A DNA stretch of 64,000 nucleotides, taken from the NCBI RefSeq assembly GCF_006345805.1, contig NC_043026.1, forward strand, positions 7,316,001 to 7,380,000, written 5' to 3'. The position numbers and the translations under genes were made by a program. Shown here piece after piece: positions 12,712 through 26,359 of this stretch (position 1 is its first letter; each line of letters begins with the position of its first letter). This DNA is from Octopus sinensis (lineage: Eukaryota). A model generated the notes under the pieces. That model was not told where the DNA came from. It saw nothing but the letters and a program-made list of their open reading frames with translations, and made no database searches.

Positions 12712-13040
12712 ATGCTCAGTGGTTAGAGCGTCAAGCTTACAATCGTGAGGTTGTGAGCTCGAATCCCGGACCGGGCTGCGTGTTGTGTTCTTGAGCAAGA
12801 CTCTTTATTTCACGTTGCTCCAGTTCACTCAGCTGTAGAAATGAGTTGCGACGTCACAGGTGCCAAGCTGTATCGGCCCCTTTTCCTTTCCCTTGGATAA
12901 CACTGGTGGCGTGGAGAGGGGAGGCCGGTATGCATGGGCGACTGCTGGTCTTCCATAAACAACCTTGCCCGGACTTGTGCCTGGGAGGGTAACTTTCTAG
13001 GTGCAATCCCATGGTCAGTGTCGTGACCGAAGGGGGTCCC
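12712..13040 (+). mobile_element. tRNA-derived SINE family E (CORE/V-like central domain)
   Basis: gctcagtggttagagcg, gctcgaatccc, then gtgttcttgagcaagac...cactcagctgtagaaatgag. Confidence 0.7.
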
Positions 13041-13646
13041 GACCCAATATATACACACATACAGTAGGAGAGAACCCAGAACCATGTGGTGAGGAAACAA
13101 ACTTCTTACCACACAGCCACACCTATGCCAATAATATAAATCTAAAGGCCATGCAGAATCACCCTGGGTCCTACATGCCTTGTTGTGCATATCCCACAGG
13201 CTAATCCTTCCTCAATACACTAAAACCTCTTTGCCTTGATTATCTGCTGCTAAAATTGGAGTGTATATGTGTCTGTGCGTCTTTTATGCCTTTAAATATG
13301 TGATTATATGAAATGAATGTACATAAGTAATGTATTTATACATGTTCATATGAATGTATATACATGTGTGTGTATATATATATATATATACATGTGTGCG
13401 TGCGCGCATGTATATGTGTATATATTTATGGCTATACATCTATGTTGTATAAATGTCAAAACAAATCTATTTGTCCCAATTCTGGCTAAGCTCAATGAAA
13501 CAAGCAAAATCTTGACTCTGAGATATGTTTTTCGGTTGTGAGTGTCTCTCCTGGTGCCACCAGTTGTGTCTGAACCAACACAAGGGAAAGGTTACGGTTG
13601 AGTTGCATGATATCCAGTATTTTGCAGATGGAAATATTCTTGTCCC

Positions 13647-13877
13647 TTAACCCTTCAGTGTTCACATTATTCTGCCAAAATGAATGCTTTTTTTATCCAA
13701 ATTGTTTTGAACTAATCAGGCATTATCTTGTAGCGATGAGATTTTGAAGAGGTAGCTGTTAATTTTTAAAATGATATTGTAGGGTTGGTGTGAGAGACCA
13801 GATCTGGCCAGTTTGAACATAAAACAGGCAGAATACTTTTGGCCGGATATGGCCAGTTTAAATGCTAATGGGGTTAA
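13647..13877. mobile_element. TTAA-flanked MITE (piggyBac-type ends)
   Basis: TTAA-CCCTTCAGTGTT ... AATGCTAATGGGG-TTAA; related ends at 1200, 19030-19210 and 49453. Confidence 0.65.
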
Positions 13878-14479
13878 CCAACCAACCAACCAACCTTAGA
13901 CAGTACCTGGTTCCTTAGACAGTAGCTGGTGGTACCAGGTTCAGTTTCACTGCATGGCACCTTGGGCAAATGTCTTCTACAGCCTTGGACTGACCAGAGC
14001 TTTGTGAGTGGATTTATTAGAAGGAAACTGAAAGAAGCCCATCGTATGTATAGACCCCTCGTATATATAAGTGTGGCTGCATGGTAAGAAGCTTGCTTTC
14101 CAACCACATTGTCCCAGGTTCAGTCCCACAGCATGGCACCTTGGGCTTACTATAGCCTTGGGCCAACTAAAGCTTTGTGAATGGATTTTATGAAATTCTT
14201 TGTTATTTTTGAAATTAATTGAACCAAAGACAGTGGATTTCCACAGAAGTATCCTTTTACTTGTTTCAGTCATTTCACTGTGGCCATGCTGGAGCATCAC
14301 CTTTAATTGAAAAAAATCGACCCCAGGGCTTATTCTTTGTAAGCCTAGCACTTATTCTATCGGTCTCTTTTGCCGGACCGCTAAGTTATGGGAGTGTAAA
14401 CACACCAGCATTGGTTGTCAAGCGATGTTGAGGGGACAAACACAGACACACAAACATACACACACACACATATATATAT

Positions 14480-14905
14480 ATCACCTTGATCACCTTGACC
14501 GACCAGTCCGTCAGGTGTCCATTTGACACCGCTGGTCACAGCACGCTGTCCACTCCTCTCTGGATCGCGCCTTTCTCATCCACATGATCCTAATCGTCCT
14601 CCTGAAATCGTAACTCCACTGTCGTAGAGGTCTTCCAGGTGGTCTTTTCCGCTCACGCGGGTACCACTTGACAACTGCGTGCGTCCACCGATTATCGGTG
14701 AGCCGGGCGACGGTGTCCAGCCCATCTATACTTGCTGCGTGTATACTCTGCGATGACATCTCCCACGCCGGACTTCTTTCTGATGATCTTGCTACTTATG
14801 TGCTCTCTCAACGAGATACCAAGCATTGACCTTTCCATGGCTCTTTGAGCCGTTACCAGTCTTTGCTCTTCTCTCTTTGTGGTAGCCCATGTTTCACATA
14901 TGAAC
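14480..14905 (-). pseudogene. 5'-truncated RTE-clade LINE 3' end (frameshifted)
   Basis: CETWATTKREEQRLVTAQRAMERSMLGISLREHISSKIIRKKSGV..WAGH / VARLTDNRWT..WYPRERKRPPGRP..W, typical RTE C-terminus, with short tandem tail. Confidence 0.9.
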
Positions 14906-14917
14906 ATAGTGAAACAC

Positions 14918-14948
<31 letters not shown>

Positions 14949-15859
14949 TGCATATGCAATTTTCAGTTTCTGTCTACCAAATCCACTCACAAGACTTTGA
15001 TTGGCCCGAGGCTATGATAGCAGACACTTGCCCAAGGTGCCACACAGTAGGACTGAACCTGGAACCATATGGTTGGGAAGCAAGCTACTTACCACACAGC
15101 CACTCCTGCGCCTATATTAATTGAAACAAAGGCAGCGGATTTTGAAAGAAATATGGTAACAAAAGGATTAAATAACAAGTTTATCTTTACTGGGACTAAC
15201 AAGGGCTTAATCCTTTTGATACCAATCCACTTGAGGCCATCACTCCTGGTTCTATGACATAAACTTCCTCTTTTAAGGTGATCTCATTTAAAACATCTCA
15301 TCAAAATCTCACATTAATTTAATGTTCCAACCAACAAACTTAGTAACGACCGTTGTTTTACTGAATTCTTTCTTATTTTTCAAATTAGTCGAAACAAAAG
15401 CTGAGGATTTCAAGAGAAATATAGAAACAAAAAGATGAGGCAACCATTCACTGTAACAAAACCATTTTGCTGTTCTAAATTCTTTGAAGTAATTTCGTGC
15501 CATTAGTGGGTCTATTACTGGTCAAAGTTAGTCAATCATCAAGTAATTAGTGCCTTTTAATACCATTGTTAAGAATGAAGCCATTATTACACTCTGTGAA
15601 ACAGCAAAAAAGACTATCAACATGATATTTTTAACATTCATAGTTTTGTTTTTCCATGCTTGCATGGATCCGATAGAATTCACCGAATTCGGTTAATTTT
15701 CTACGGCTGGTTGCCATTCCTGTCGCAACACTTCACCTGCTTCTTGACAAGATAATGTTTCCGCATGGCTGGATATGTATAACAGTGATGTTCCTTTACA
15801 TCTGTTCTATGATGTCAACACAAAGACACACACACACATGTATATGTATACAAATACCC

Positions 15860-16166
15860 TTGTTGTCTGTTCCTTCTCGAGCCATGCCTGGCTCATAAGG
15901 GCCGGTTTCCCAGTTTCTTGGCGTATAGGTTTCCCACCTGGACAGGATGCCAGTCCGTCGCAGGTGACCTGCAAGATGCAGGAGGAAAGAATGAGAGAAA
16001 GTTGTGGCGAAAGAGTCAGCAGAAGTCCCGCCATTACCTTCTGCCGGAGCCACATGGAGCTTAGGTGTATCGCTCATAAACACACACATTGCCTGGTCTG
16101 AGATTCGAACCTGCGTTCCCTCGACCACGAGTCTACTGCTCTAACCACTAGGCCATGTGTCTCCAC
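15860..16166 (-). mobile_element. tRNA-derived SINE, family D head/body with a different 3' tail
   Basis: Head matches 41893-42070, then cctgcgacggactggcatcctgtccagg tail. Confidence 0.8.
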
Positions 16167-16524
16167 ATACAAATGCCCTTCCAAAAGCCAAAGTGGTTGG
16201 CATTTGGAAGGGCATCCAGCTATAAAAATAATACCAAAACTGACTTCCCTTGTGCTGGTGCCACGTAAAAAGCACCCAGTCCACTCTGCTGGGTGGGTGG
16301 TGTCAGGAAGGGCATCCAGCTGTTAAAACCCTGCCATAACAGATGTCTGGTGCAGGCTCCTGCCTGGCCGGCTCTTGTCAAACTGTCCAACCTTTAGGCA
16401 GACATTAAATGATGATGATTACATGTATGAGACACGATAGAGTTACAAAGACCAATTTACAACGCTATCCAAAGGAAGGACTATCCTGTCGGGTACATCA
16501 AATGGATGTCAGAACCTGGAGGTG

Positions 16525-16940
16525 TTAACACCCTTAAGAACAAGAATTTGTCTTATGAAGAAAGGCTGAAGATGCTCGACCTTTATTCTCTAGAAAAACG
16601 ACGACGCCGTGGTGATCTCATTCTTGCTCACAACATCATAAGCGGAAAGTGTAACCTCTCGAAAGAGCTATTCTTCACTCCTGCTCCAGAGCGTCGGCTG
16701 CGGGGTCATTCCGAAAAGCTCTATCTGCGACGATTTCATCTCAATCGAAGGAGAGGGGCTTTCTCCGTGGAATAAGCTGCCGGACGAGATGGTGAAGATG
16801 CCGACGACCGCTCGGTTCAAAGTCTCCCTTGACCACAAGTGGCCTGAACTCTTTACATGAACACCACCCTGTACATAACTCCATGTCCCCCTACATGGCC
16901 TTGCTTTTTTGCTTTTTGAGCAAAAAAATTAACTAACTAC
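16525..16940 (+). pseudogene. 5'-truncated CR1-like LINE 3' end
   Basis: LSYEERLKMLDLYSLEKRRRRGDLI...RLRGHSEKL...AFS then WNKLP after a frameshift; short (AACT)-type tail. Confidence 0.9.
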
Positions 16941-17494
16941 TGGTGGAACACCTTGATTCTGTGCAAACATAAGGGACCAGATATTGTTCGGGAAGGACAA
17001 GGAACAAATGTCATGGACTGTAGTAGAGGAATATACAATAAAAAGTCCAGGAGAAAAAGGGAACATTTTTGGTAAATAAAAGTGGAACTTACAGCTCTTA
17101 TACCCTGGTTATGAATTTTCATTTGTACCTATCATCATCATTTAGTGTCTGTTGTCCATGCTGGCATGGGTTGGACGGTTTGACCAAAGCTGGTAAGCTG
17201 GAAGGCTGGGCGCCCTTCCTAACGCCAACCACTCTGAGAGTGTAACGAGTGCTTTTATGTGCCATTTGCGTGACACCAGTATCTGCCATGACTGTGGTTT
17301 CATTTGGCTTCATGGATCTTCTACTCAAGCAGGACATAATGCCAAAGATCTCGGTCATTGCCCCATGAGGCCCAACATTCAGAAGGAGTTTTCTTGCATC
17401 CAACCGGCATTGGCTACTTTGCCTCCATGGGGACCAACGCTCGAAAGGTGCAGTAGGTCATTCACCAACAAAAACCTAGAAATACTCGGTTTCA

Positions 17495-18000
17495 CATACA
17501 TACATATATATACACACACACATATACAAACACATACACACAAATACATGCATATATATACACACACACATATACAAACACATACACACACACGTGTACA
17601 CACACACAAATACATACATATACGCACATACATATATGCACATACATACATATACGCACATACATATACGCATATACATATATACACACACACATATACA
17701 AACACATACACGTGTACACACACAAATACATACATATACACACATACATACATATGCACATACATACATACATATGCACATACATACATATACGCACATA
17801 CATACATATACGCATATACATACATATACGCATATACATACATATACGCACATACATACATATACGCATATACATACATATATGCACACATACATACATA
17901 TACGCATATACATACATATATGCACACATACATACATATACGCATATACATACATATATGCACACATACATACATATATATATATACACATGCACACGCA
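17495..18000. repeat. Compound (CATA)/(TACG)/(CA) microsatellite
   Basis: Direct observation. Confidence 0.95.
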
Positions 18001-18433
18001 TGCTTATGGGCTGTGACACAGTTTGCCATCTATGACATTCACTCACAAGGCATCGGTCGACCTGGGGCTATAGAAAACAACTCTCTCCAGGCACCACGCT
18101 GTGAGACCAAAGCCAAACAAAAACCCATGTAGCTGGGAGGCAAAACTGTAGCACACCTATATTGTATTACAAAGGAAGCAAGAGAAAAGAAAAGACTTAA
18201 ATTAAATCCCAACAGACAAAACCCAAACAATCTACAACTGCTACTACAACAACACCAACAACAATAAACACTGACTAATTTTAAATGGAAGAATATTTTG
18301 GCAATTGAAACGCAAATTTTGGGTTAGAATTCTCTCTGACCTGATTATGGGCAACCACGAGATCAAATTTGATATGGGAATCAGAAAATGCTGTGTTTGG
18401 TTTTCATTATTGAGATTTTAGCAGATTTGCAGG

Positions 18434-18925
18434 CATGGCTGTGTGGTAAGAAGCTTGCTTCCCGACCATGTGGTTCTGGTTTCAGTCCCATGGCTGTGTG
18501 GTAAGAAGCTTGCTTCCCGACCACGTGGTTCTGGTTTCAGTCCCATGGCTGTGTGGTAAGAAGCTTGCTTCCCGACCACGTGGTTCTGGTTTCAGTCCCA
18601 TGGCTGTGTGGTAAGAAGCTTGCTTCCCGACCACGTGGTTCTGGTTTCAGTCCCATGGCTGTGTGGTAAGAAGCTTGCTTCCCGACCACGTGGTTCTGGT
18701 TTCAGTCCCATGGCTGTGTGGTAAGTAGCTTGCTTCCCGACCACGTGGTTCTGGTTTCAGTCCCATGGCTGCGTGGTAAGAAGCTTGCTTCCCGACCACG
18801 TGGTTCTGGTTTCAGTCCCATGGCTGCGTGGTAAGAAGCTTGCTTCCCGACCACGTGGTTCTGGTTTCAGTCCCATGGCTGGGTGGTAAGAAGCTTGCTT
18901 CCCGACCACGTGGTTCTGGTTTCAG
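18434..18925 (+). repeat. Tandem array of 9 x 55 bp units derived from the family A SINE tRNA-like head
   Basis: Unit catggctgtgtggtaagaagcttgcttcccgaccacgtggttctggtttcagtcc starting at 18434, 18489, ... 18874. Confidence 0.95.
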
Positions 18926-20089
18926 AACCACATGAGCCAATAAGGGAGCTTTTTCTGTAGTCACTTGGCCTCACTCAATTTATCAGCCAAATCTCCCCTC
19001 AACAAACTCCCCACTGTCTTTAACTAGCCATATCCCAGCCCAAATATTCTACCTGTTAGATGTTCAAATGAACCAGATCCAGTCTCTCACACCTACTCTA
19101 CAATGTCATTCTAAAAATAAACCTCAAAGCTATGAGATAATGGATAATTAATTCAAAACAATATGAATAAATAAGGCTTTGATGAATTAATCCGAATGCT
19201 AAAGGGTTAACTTTAAGAGAAAAGAGGGAGCACACTAGGGGAGTATATACTGCCAAAGCCCTGCCACCTGTGTCAGTCTCCAATTTTACTAAGTTTAAAA
19301 AAAAGTAGAAACAGAATTTATATTGATCAGTTCTTTGTTGTTTGTGTAAATAGAGCATTTGTTTGTTTATGGCTATCATCTTGGGGACATGAAGTCAAAT
19401 CAAGGCAATTATTTGTTTAACTGTTTAAACGGTGGCTTCTCTGATGAGTAAACAGATGAGATCAGATCAGTGGTGGAGTGATATTTGTCCTGCCCATTCC
19501 CCCATCCGCCTCTGGCTCTCAATCTTGCCACGTTCCATTAGCTGCTATCATTCTAATTACCCCCAACATCTGTGTGGTAATAACTGAGCTTCTAGGTGAT
19601 AAATGGGGTCGACATAACTGATTTGCCTCCCCCCCTCTAAAATTGCTGGCCTGGTGCAAAAATTAGAAAGAATTATCACCATCATCACAAAATGGATTTG
19701 TTGTTGTTAAGCAACAAGATGGGTAAGGGTGATTAGGTGACAGTCTAGGGCTTAGGGTGGGGAGACCCAAGACCTTGGAAAAAAAAAAAAAACTTTGGTT
19801 GTCTTGTTGTAGTCGAGGGCTCTTCGTTGACGCCCAACACCACTGGGAGGTGGCCCTCAAAGTCGCTGGAAATGGAGATCTCCAGGTCCAAATTCTTGAA
19901 CAGCTCACAAAATGGATGACATGCTTAGAAGAATTTCTTCCGACTCTTTTACATTTCCAGTTAAATACCTTTGAAGTGAACTTTGCTTGCATCCTTTTTC
20001 GGGAGGCGAGGAAATAAAGTACCAGACGAGTACAGAGGACGGAATAATTGAATTCCCCCTCCTCTCAAAATCGATGGCCTGATGCCAAA

Positions 20090-20550
20090 ATTAGAAGCAC
20101 CTCCTCCAAGCAAATTTGTTGAAAGTTGGGTTGAATGTGATAAGAATGCTCCAAGAAAACAGGCTTGCTTTAAGCATTCACCTGCAGATTGAAGGAAGGG
20201 GATAAGAAGAGGGCACTCGCCCTAGTGGTCAGGGTGACTGTGGCCTTGTGGGGGGAGGCTCCATGAACAGCCCTCAAAATTGTTGAAATTTCTATTTACT
20301 GTTCTTTTTACCTGATCCTTTATGTAACCCCTGGACTGTCCTCAATGTTTTGTGAATCCATGGACTGCCTCGTTATTGGGGATTCTAATTATTTATTTCT
20401 CTAATTTCTAATTATATATCGTTTGTTATATCCTTTAATGTGGTAGGATCTCCCTTTGATTGATGTAAACCCCACCTGTTTTTGTGTGTTCTAACTTGTC
20501 CTTTGATATTGTCTTCCAAGACTTGGGCCCTTGTGGACAATAAAAGAAAT
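20090..20550 (+). mobile_element. Probable LINE 3' end/3' UTR (Tx1/L1-like, tentative)
   Basis: SKFVESWV-like ORF end, T-rich UTR, ends gcccttgtggacaataaaagaaat before a microsatellite. Confidence 0.4.
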
Positions 20551-21452
20551 CATCACCATCATTATTATTATTACTATTTAAACGAGAATTAATTATTATT
20601 ATTATTATTATTACTATTATTATTATTATTACTACTGTTATTACTACTATTATTATTACTACTATTATTATTATTATTATTATTAATATTAAGGTGGTGA
20701 GCTGGCAGAGTCGTTAGCACACCAGGCAAAATGCTTAGAGGCATTTTATCTGTCTTTATATTCTGAGTTCAAATTCTGCCAAGGTCAACTTTGCTTTTCA
20801 TCCCTATCAGGGCTGATAAAATAAGTACCATTATTCACTGGAGTTAATGTCTAACTTTTATTTCACGCCTTGTGCCTAGAATAGAAGAAATAATAATAAT
20901 AATAATGATGATAATGATTATTGCTGTTGATTTGAATATCTCTTCTGTTTATTTGGAAGATAAACTGTTATATCATTGAAGTGCAAAGAAAACAAAACAA
21001 TATAAAACTGGTACAATAAAACAAAGCAGGTTAATGTATTTTTTCTATTTGAGATCATGACGCCAGCAAAAAAGAGTACAAAAACGATAAAATATATATC
21101 GTTATTTATATTGATGTCAGTAATGTGTGAATGTGGGTGTGTACGCATGCATAACGAGAATCATCACCATGCTAGCATGGGTTGGACGGTTCAACTGGGG
21201 ACTGTGAAGCCGGAAGGCTGCATCAGGCCCAGTCTGATCTGGCAGTGTTTCTACGGCTGGATGCCCTTCCTAACGCCAACCACGCCGTGAGTGTAGTGGG
21301 TGCTTTTTACGTGCCACCCGCACAGGTGCCAGACGGAGCTGGCAAACAGCCACGAACGGATGGTGCTTTTATGTGCCACCGGCACGGGGGCCAGGCGAGG
21401 CCTTTATATTTTTTGTCCATTTATGTCATGGTACATACATACGAGACATGTA

Positions 21453-21915
<463 letters not shown>

Positions 21916-22149
21916 GTTAGCACATCAGGCATGTTTTAAAAGCACCCACTACACTCTGTAAAGTGGTTGGCATTAGGAAGGGCATCCAGCTGTAGAAACC
22001 TTGCCAGATCAGATTTGAGCCTGGTGCAGCCTTCTGGTTTGGCCAGTCCAGGTCAAACTGTCCAAGCCATGCCAGAATGGACAACGAACTTTAAATGATG
22101 ATGATGATATCTCATATAAAGTTTATAAAGACATGTGTTTATAAAGATA

Positions 22150-22450
22150 CTAGCAGTATCGCCCAGCGTTGCTCGGGTTTGTTCCGACCCTTAAGAATTG
22201 GAATTTTTGAAAAGTAAACATTTTGCATTATGTAGCTTGTTATTCTCTTTAAGTGAACATTTTTCTGGTTGAAATACACAGAAAAATGGTGACACAGCAG
22301 TCAAAAATCGTAAAAAATAGGGATTTTCATAGAAAAAAAGCACCTTTTTGATGTAAATAATTTTTGGTGTTAACATGGTCCGATTTGAATTTTTTCTTCT
22401 ACGGAATGAAGAGCAAACCTTCTTCTATCATACTCTCAATTTCGGTCAAC
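22150..22450 (-). mobile_element. Helitron H1, 3' part
   Basis: Near-identical to 3119-3420 including the CTAG end and hairpin. Confidence 0.8.
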
Positions 22451-22557
22451 AAGCTGGCCTCCATGCTGATGGCACGTTAAAAGCACCATTTGAGCGTGAT
22501 CGTTACCTGCATCGCCATACTAGCACTTGTGCTGCTGGCACGTGAAAAAACATTCAA

Positions 22558-22944
22558 GTTAGATGCCATGAGAATTTCACCAAAAGGAAGAGAGTATGGG
22601 AGTTTGAGAGCGTCTTCCCTTCCAAAGTGGATCAGTTCGAATTTGTCTTCGTTTAGTAACATGTTGTTCTTTTCCGCCCATTGGACAACAGCCAGTAGGT
22701 CTGACTGAAGGCTTATCCGGTCATCCACGCCATTGATGACTTTCTGGAGCTTGGAATCATCAGCGAAGATTCTGATGTTACTGTGTTTGATGATATCAGT
22801 GATGTCATTAATGTAGATGATGAAGAGAAGTGGGCCCAACACAGTGCCTTGTGGGACACCACTACTGACTTTGGTTGGGCTGGATTTGACTCCTTCGACT
22901 ACAATATGTTGGGTTCTGTTTGAAAGGAAGCACTTGATCCACTT
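22558..22944 (-). pseudogene. LINE reverse transcriptase fragment (CR1/L2 group)
   Basis: WIKCFLSNRTQ..SGVPQGTVLGPLLFIIYINDI..IFADDSKL..LQSDL..W..N.MLLN..K. Confidence 0.93.
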
Positions 22945-23429
22945 CTGCTGAATGCAGGTCATTGATTGGTTGAAATTATTGAAATACGACAACTTTAAAA
23001 CGAAATAACTTCATAAATATAAGCTTCTCTCAAAAACGCTAAGAGTAAAAGATGTTTTATATGACACATTCTACCAGTGTCCGAAGTTTGAAAGTGTCGG
23101 TCAAAAGGAAAATATCCAACAAACTTCGTACCACGTCTATAACACCTGCCCCTATATAGTAAACAAAACACGTGAACACGTGCTGGGTGTATTCATTCTG
23201 ATACAGGAGAACTTCCAACTAGAAGCAATCAAGAAACCCCAAAGATCCACCCTGGCCTCCACGGGCGCAAACCTTCGTCAAACTGTTCTCTAATTCCCAA
23301 ATGAAACTTCGTTTACGTTGACGATTTTCACAACAGCCATACATAGCTCTTGACGAAAATCGTCTCGGGAGAACGCATCCGTCTGCACCCTCAATAACAG
23401 GCGGAAGTTGGTCGATTCCATGACCGCAG

Positions 23430-25890
23430 TACTTGACAGGTGTTTTTATTATATTTTATCGATTTGGGAAGGATGAAAGAAGTATAAAAATTGAACCTCG
23501 GCGACAGGTACAAAACCTGAAACGTTGAGGAAGGGAAAATTTCAGCTCATTACATCGCCCCATTCCAACCCAATTCGTTCGGTGCCTTATTTCAAGAGTT
23601 GAAAGATTGCGTTCATATCATCAGAATTGGAACTCAGAATATAGAATTGTTACTAATCATTTGAATGGGAACGCTAAGGTCCAAGAGGGCGAAAATGGGA
23701 AGGTGGGAATAGACGCTATAAACTACCATTACTGCTTCCGTTGGCTAAAAAAAAAGGTGGTGGACGAAGCCCTCTGCGTAACCTATCCCCACATCGTTTC
23801 CCCTCACTGGTTCAAATACAAGATATTTTTGTCCGTAATAATTGACAAAAGGTACAAGGCCTGACATTTTGTGGGAGCAGGTTTGTCGATTACATCGACC
23901 CCCCAGTGCTCAACTGGTATTTATTGTAACGACTCGGGTGGAATTTGAGTTCAGAACATAAAAAAAAACGGTACTAAGCATTTTGTCCGACGCATGAATG
24001 ATTCTGAGATCGTCACCTTAATAATAATGGCTTCAAAATTTGGCATTGGGCCTGAAATTTGGGAGAAGGGTTCGAGACAACAGATCCCGAGAGGATGGGA
24101 GGCAAGTCGACCTCGGCGGCATTTGAACTCAGTACGTAAAGAACCAGAAGCCAAGCGTTTTTGTCCCGACGCACAAACAATCTTGCCAGTCTGCCAATTT
24201 CGCAAGAGGTCAAGGCCAGCATCGACCCCATATTTGACAGGTGCTTACTTTATCCACCTTGAAAGGATGAAAGGCAAAAATCAACCTGGACGTGATTTGA
24301 ACGCAGAATATAGAAAGATGGAACATTTGTTGCCTCGATGTGCAAATGTCTCTGGCAAAGAGAAGAAGAAGAAAGCGGCATAATTAAAATTAAGAGCAAC
24401 ATTTACGGGAAATGTTAAAAATTGGTTTGGCTTTCTTCTTGGAATTGTCGAAACGAATAAAAGGAACATTTAAAAAAAAAACCACAACTACCTCTACACC
24501 ATCATATTCTTAATTTTGGTTCTCGGTTTATTTTTCAAAGGGGAGTTCTCAGGGGACCTCTCACCCAGAGGGGGAAGAAAATAAAAATAACAGCAGAGAA
24601 GGGGGATCTACACGATGCTCAAAAATGTCTAGCAACTTAAACTTGGGAAATTCGAAGCGGACAGCTCTCATAGAGAACTGTGGATACACTAAAACAAGGA
24701 CCCTTTATTATTTGTATTGCCGCCACGCCAACCATGCCAACGTCGCTTATGTGGGAGCTCACAACATGGCCAATAGGGTAAACAGAAATAGCAACCAAAT
24801 CTCCCTCTAATCATAACATATCGCATTAGAAAGAAACATTTATACCTTAGATCACCTGGGATAATGTAGGATTATGTATGTACAAGACATGTAGAGAAAA
24901 ACAGACGGCATGGCCAAGGATGGATTGAATAGTTTCTACCAGGTTTATTCAATAAGGGTTGAATGGGGATGAACAAGCTTTTGTAACAATTAGCAATGGT
25001 TTGATTTAGGCAGAAAGGGGACAGTGTCGGTTGATATCATCGACACCGACTTAACTGGTACTTTGGTCATTTTTGCCCTTTATTTTCTCGACCCCAGAGG
25101 GATAAAATGTAAGGACGACCTGGGAACGATTTGAACACAGGAAGTGAAGACCCAGAAGAGGGGGAAGGGCAGCAATTTTGAAGGCAAGGGAGTTAATCGA
25201 TACCCTCGACCCGTGTACATAACTGGTACATCCTTTTTATCGGACCCTCGGAAGGACGGGAGTTAAAGTCAACCTCGGCGGAATTTGAACTCAGGATGTA
25301 AAGGAGCTGCAAGAAATACCTATTTCTTTACTACCCACAAGGGGCTAAACACAGAGGGGACAAACAAGGACAGACAAACGGATTAAGTCGATTACATCGA
25401 CCCCAGTGCGTAACTGGTACTTAATTTATCGACCCCGAAAGGATGAAAGGCAAAGTCGACCTCGGCAGAGTTTGAACTCAGAACGTAACGTCATGTTCTT
25501 ATGATTGTGTCAATAAATTTAACCTTTGTAATTAATAATAATAAGACCTGAAATTTGAAGGGGGGGGGGCTAGTCGATTACATCGATGCCCCACCCCCGT
25601 GTTCAGCTGGTATTTAATGGGTCGATAAATTAAGTACCAGTTACGCACTGGGGTGGTCGATGTAATCGACTTAATACCTATGTCTGTCCTTGTTTGCCCC
25701 CCTCTGTGTTTTTAGCCCCTTGTGGGTAATAAAGAAATAGGTATTTAATTTTATCGAAGCCCAAAAGGACGGAGATGCGAAGTCAAAACCTGGGAGCGGA
25801 ATTTGAACTCGGGGGCATTGAAGACGGACGAAATGCCGCCAAGCATTTCGTCCGGCATGCTAACAATTCCGCTCGGTTCGTCACCTTTCT
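23430..25890 (-). mobile_element. Cluster of old and young family B SINE fragments, mostly on minus strand
   Basis: Repeated gtcgattacatcgacccc / ggatgaaaggcaaagtcgacctcggc / gaatttgaactc motifs; a + strand copy at 25619-25739 is nested with a 10 bp TSD ggtatttaat. Confidence 0.75.
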
Positions 25891-26006
25891 TATAACAACA
25901 GAAATAACGGATAAATTACGTACCTGCTCCGTATTGTAATATAATTCCTATAATATATCCACATCCATCTGTAAACTTTATGCTCAGGTTATCCATACAA
26001 ACGTGA

Positions 26007-26041
<35 letters not shown>

Positions 26042-26322
26042 TATTATACACGCGCGACTGAATGTATTTAATAAGCTATTGGCGTATTAAATACTTTTTA
26101 ATTGACCCCAAAGGTAGGGTATATATGAACCGTTCACCGTATATATTGATGTAGATGGGTGTAACATATATGTGTGTGTGTATGAAACAGGATTTTGTAT
26201 TATCCAGAGGATGTATATAGTTAAAACGAACGTTCTTACATACCGTTATGTGTATATATATATGATGAAATCCACAAAGCGTGTATATTACACACTTGGG
26301 TTGTGTCTGTTATGAAGTTCAT

Positions 26323-26359
<37 letters not shown>

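Noticed and set aside
18434-18925. CRISPR-like array
   Set aside because: Units are head-to-tail identical with no unique spacers, no cas genes are present, and the unit derives from a eukaryotic SINE
19760-19923. Exon 2 spliced to ATGTCAG at 27838 giving MSACHPFCELFKNLDLEISISSDFEGHLPVVLGV...
   Set aside because: The phase happens to fit, but the acceptor (AAG, short pyrimidine tract) and donor are weak and no homology is recognised
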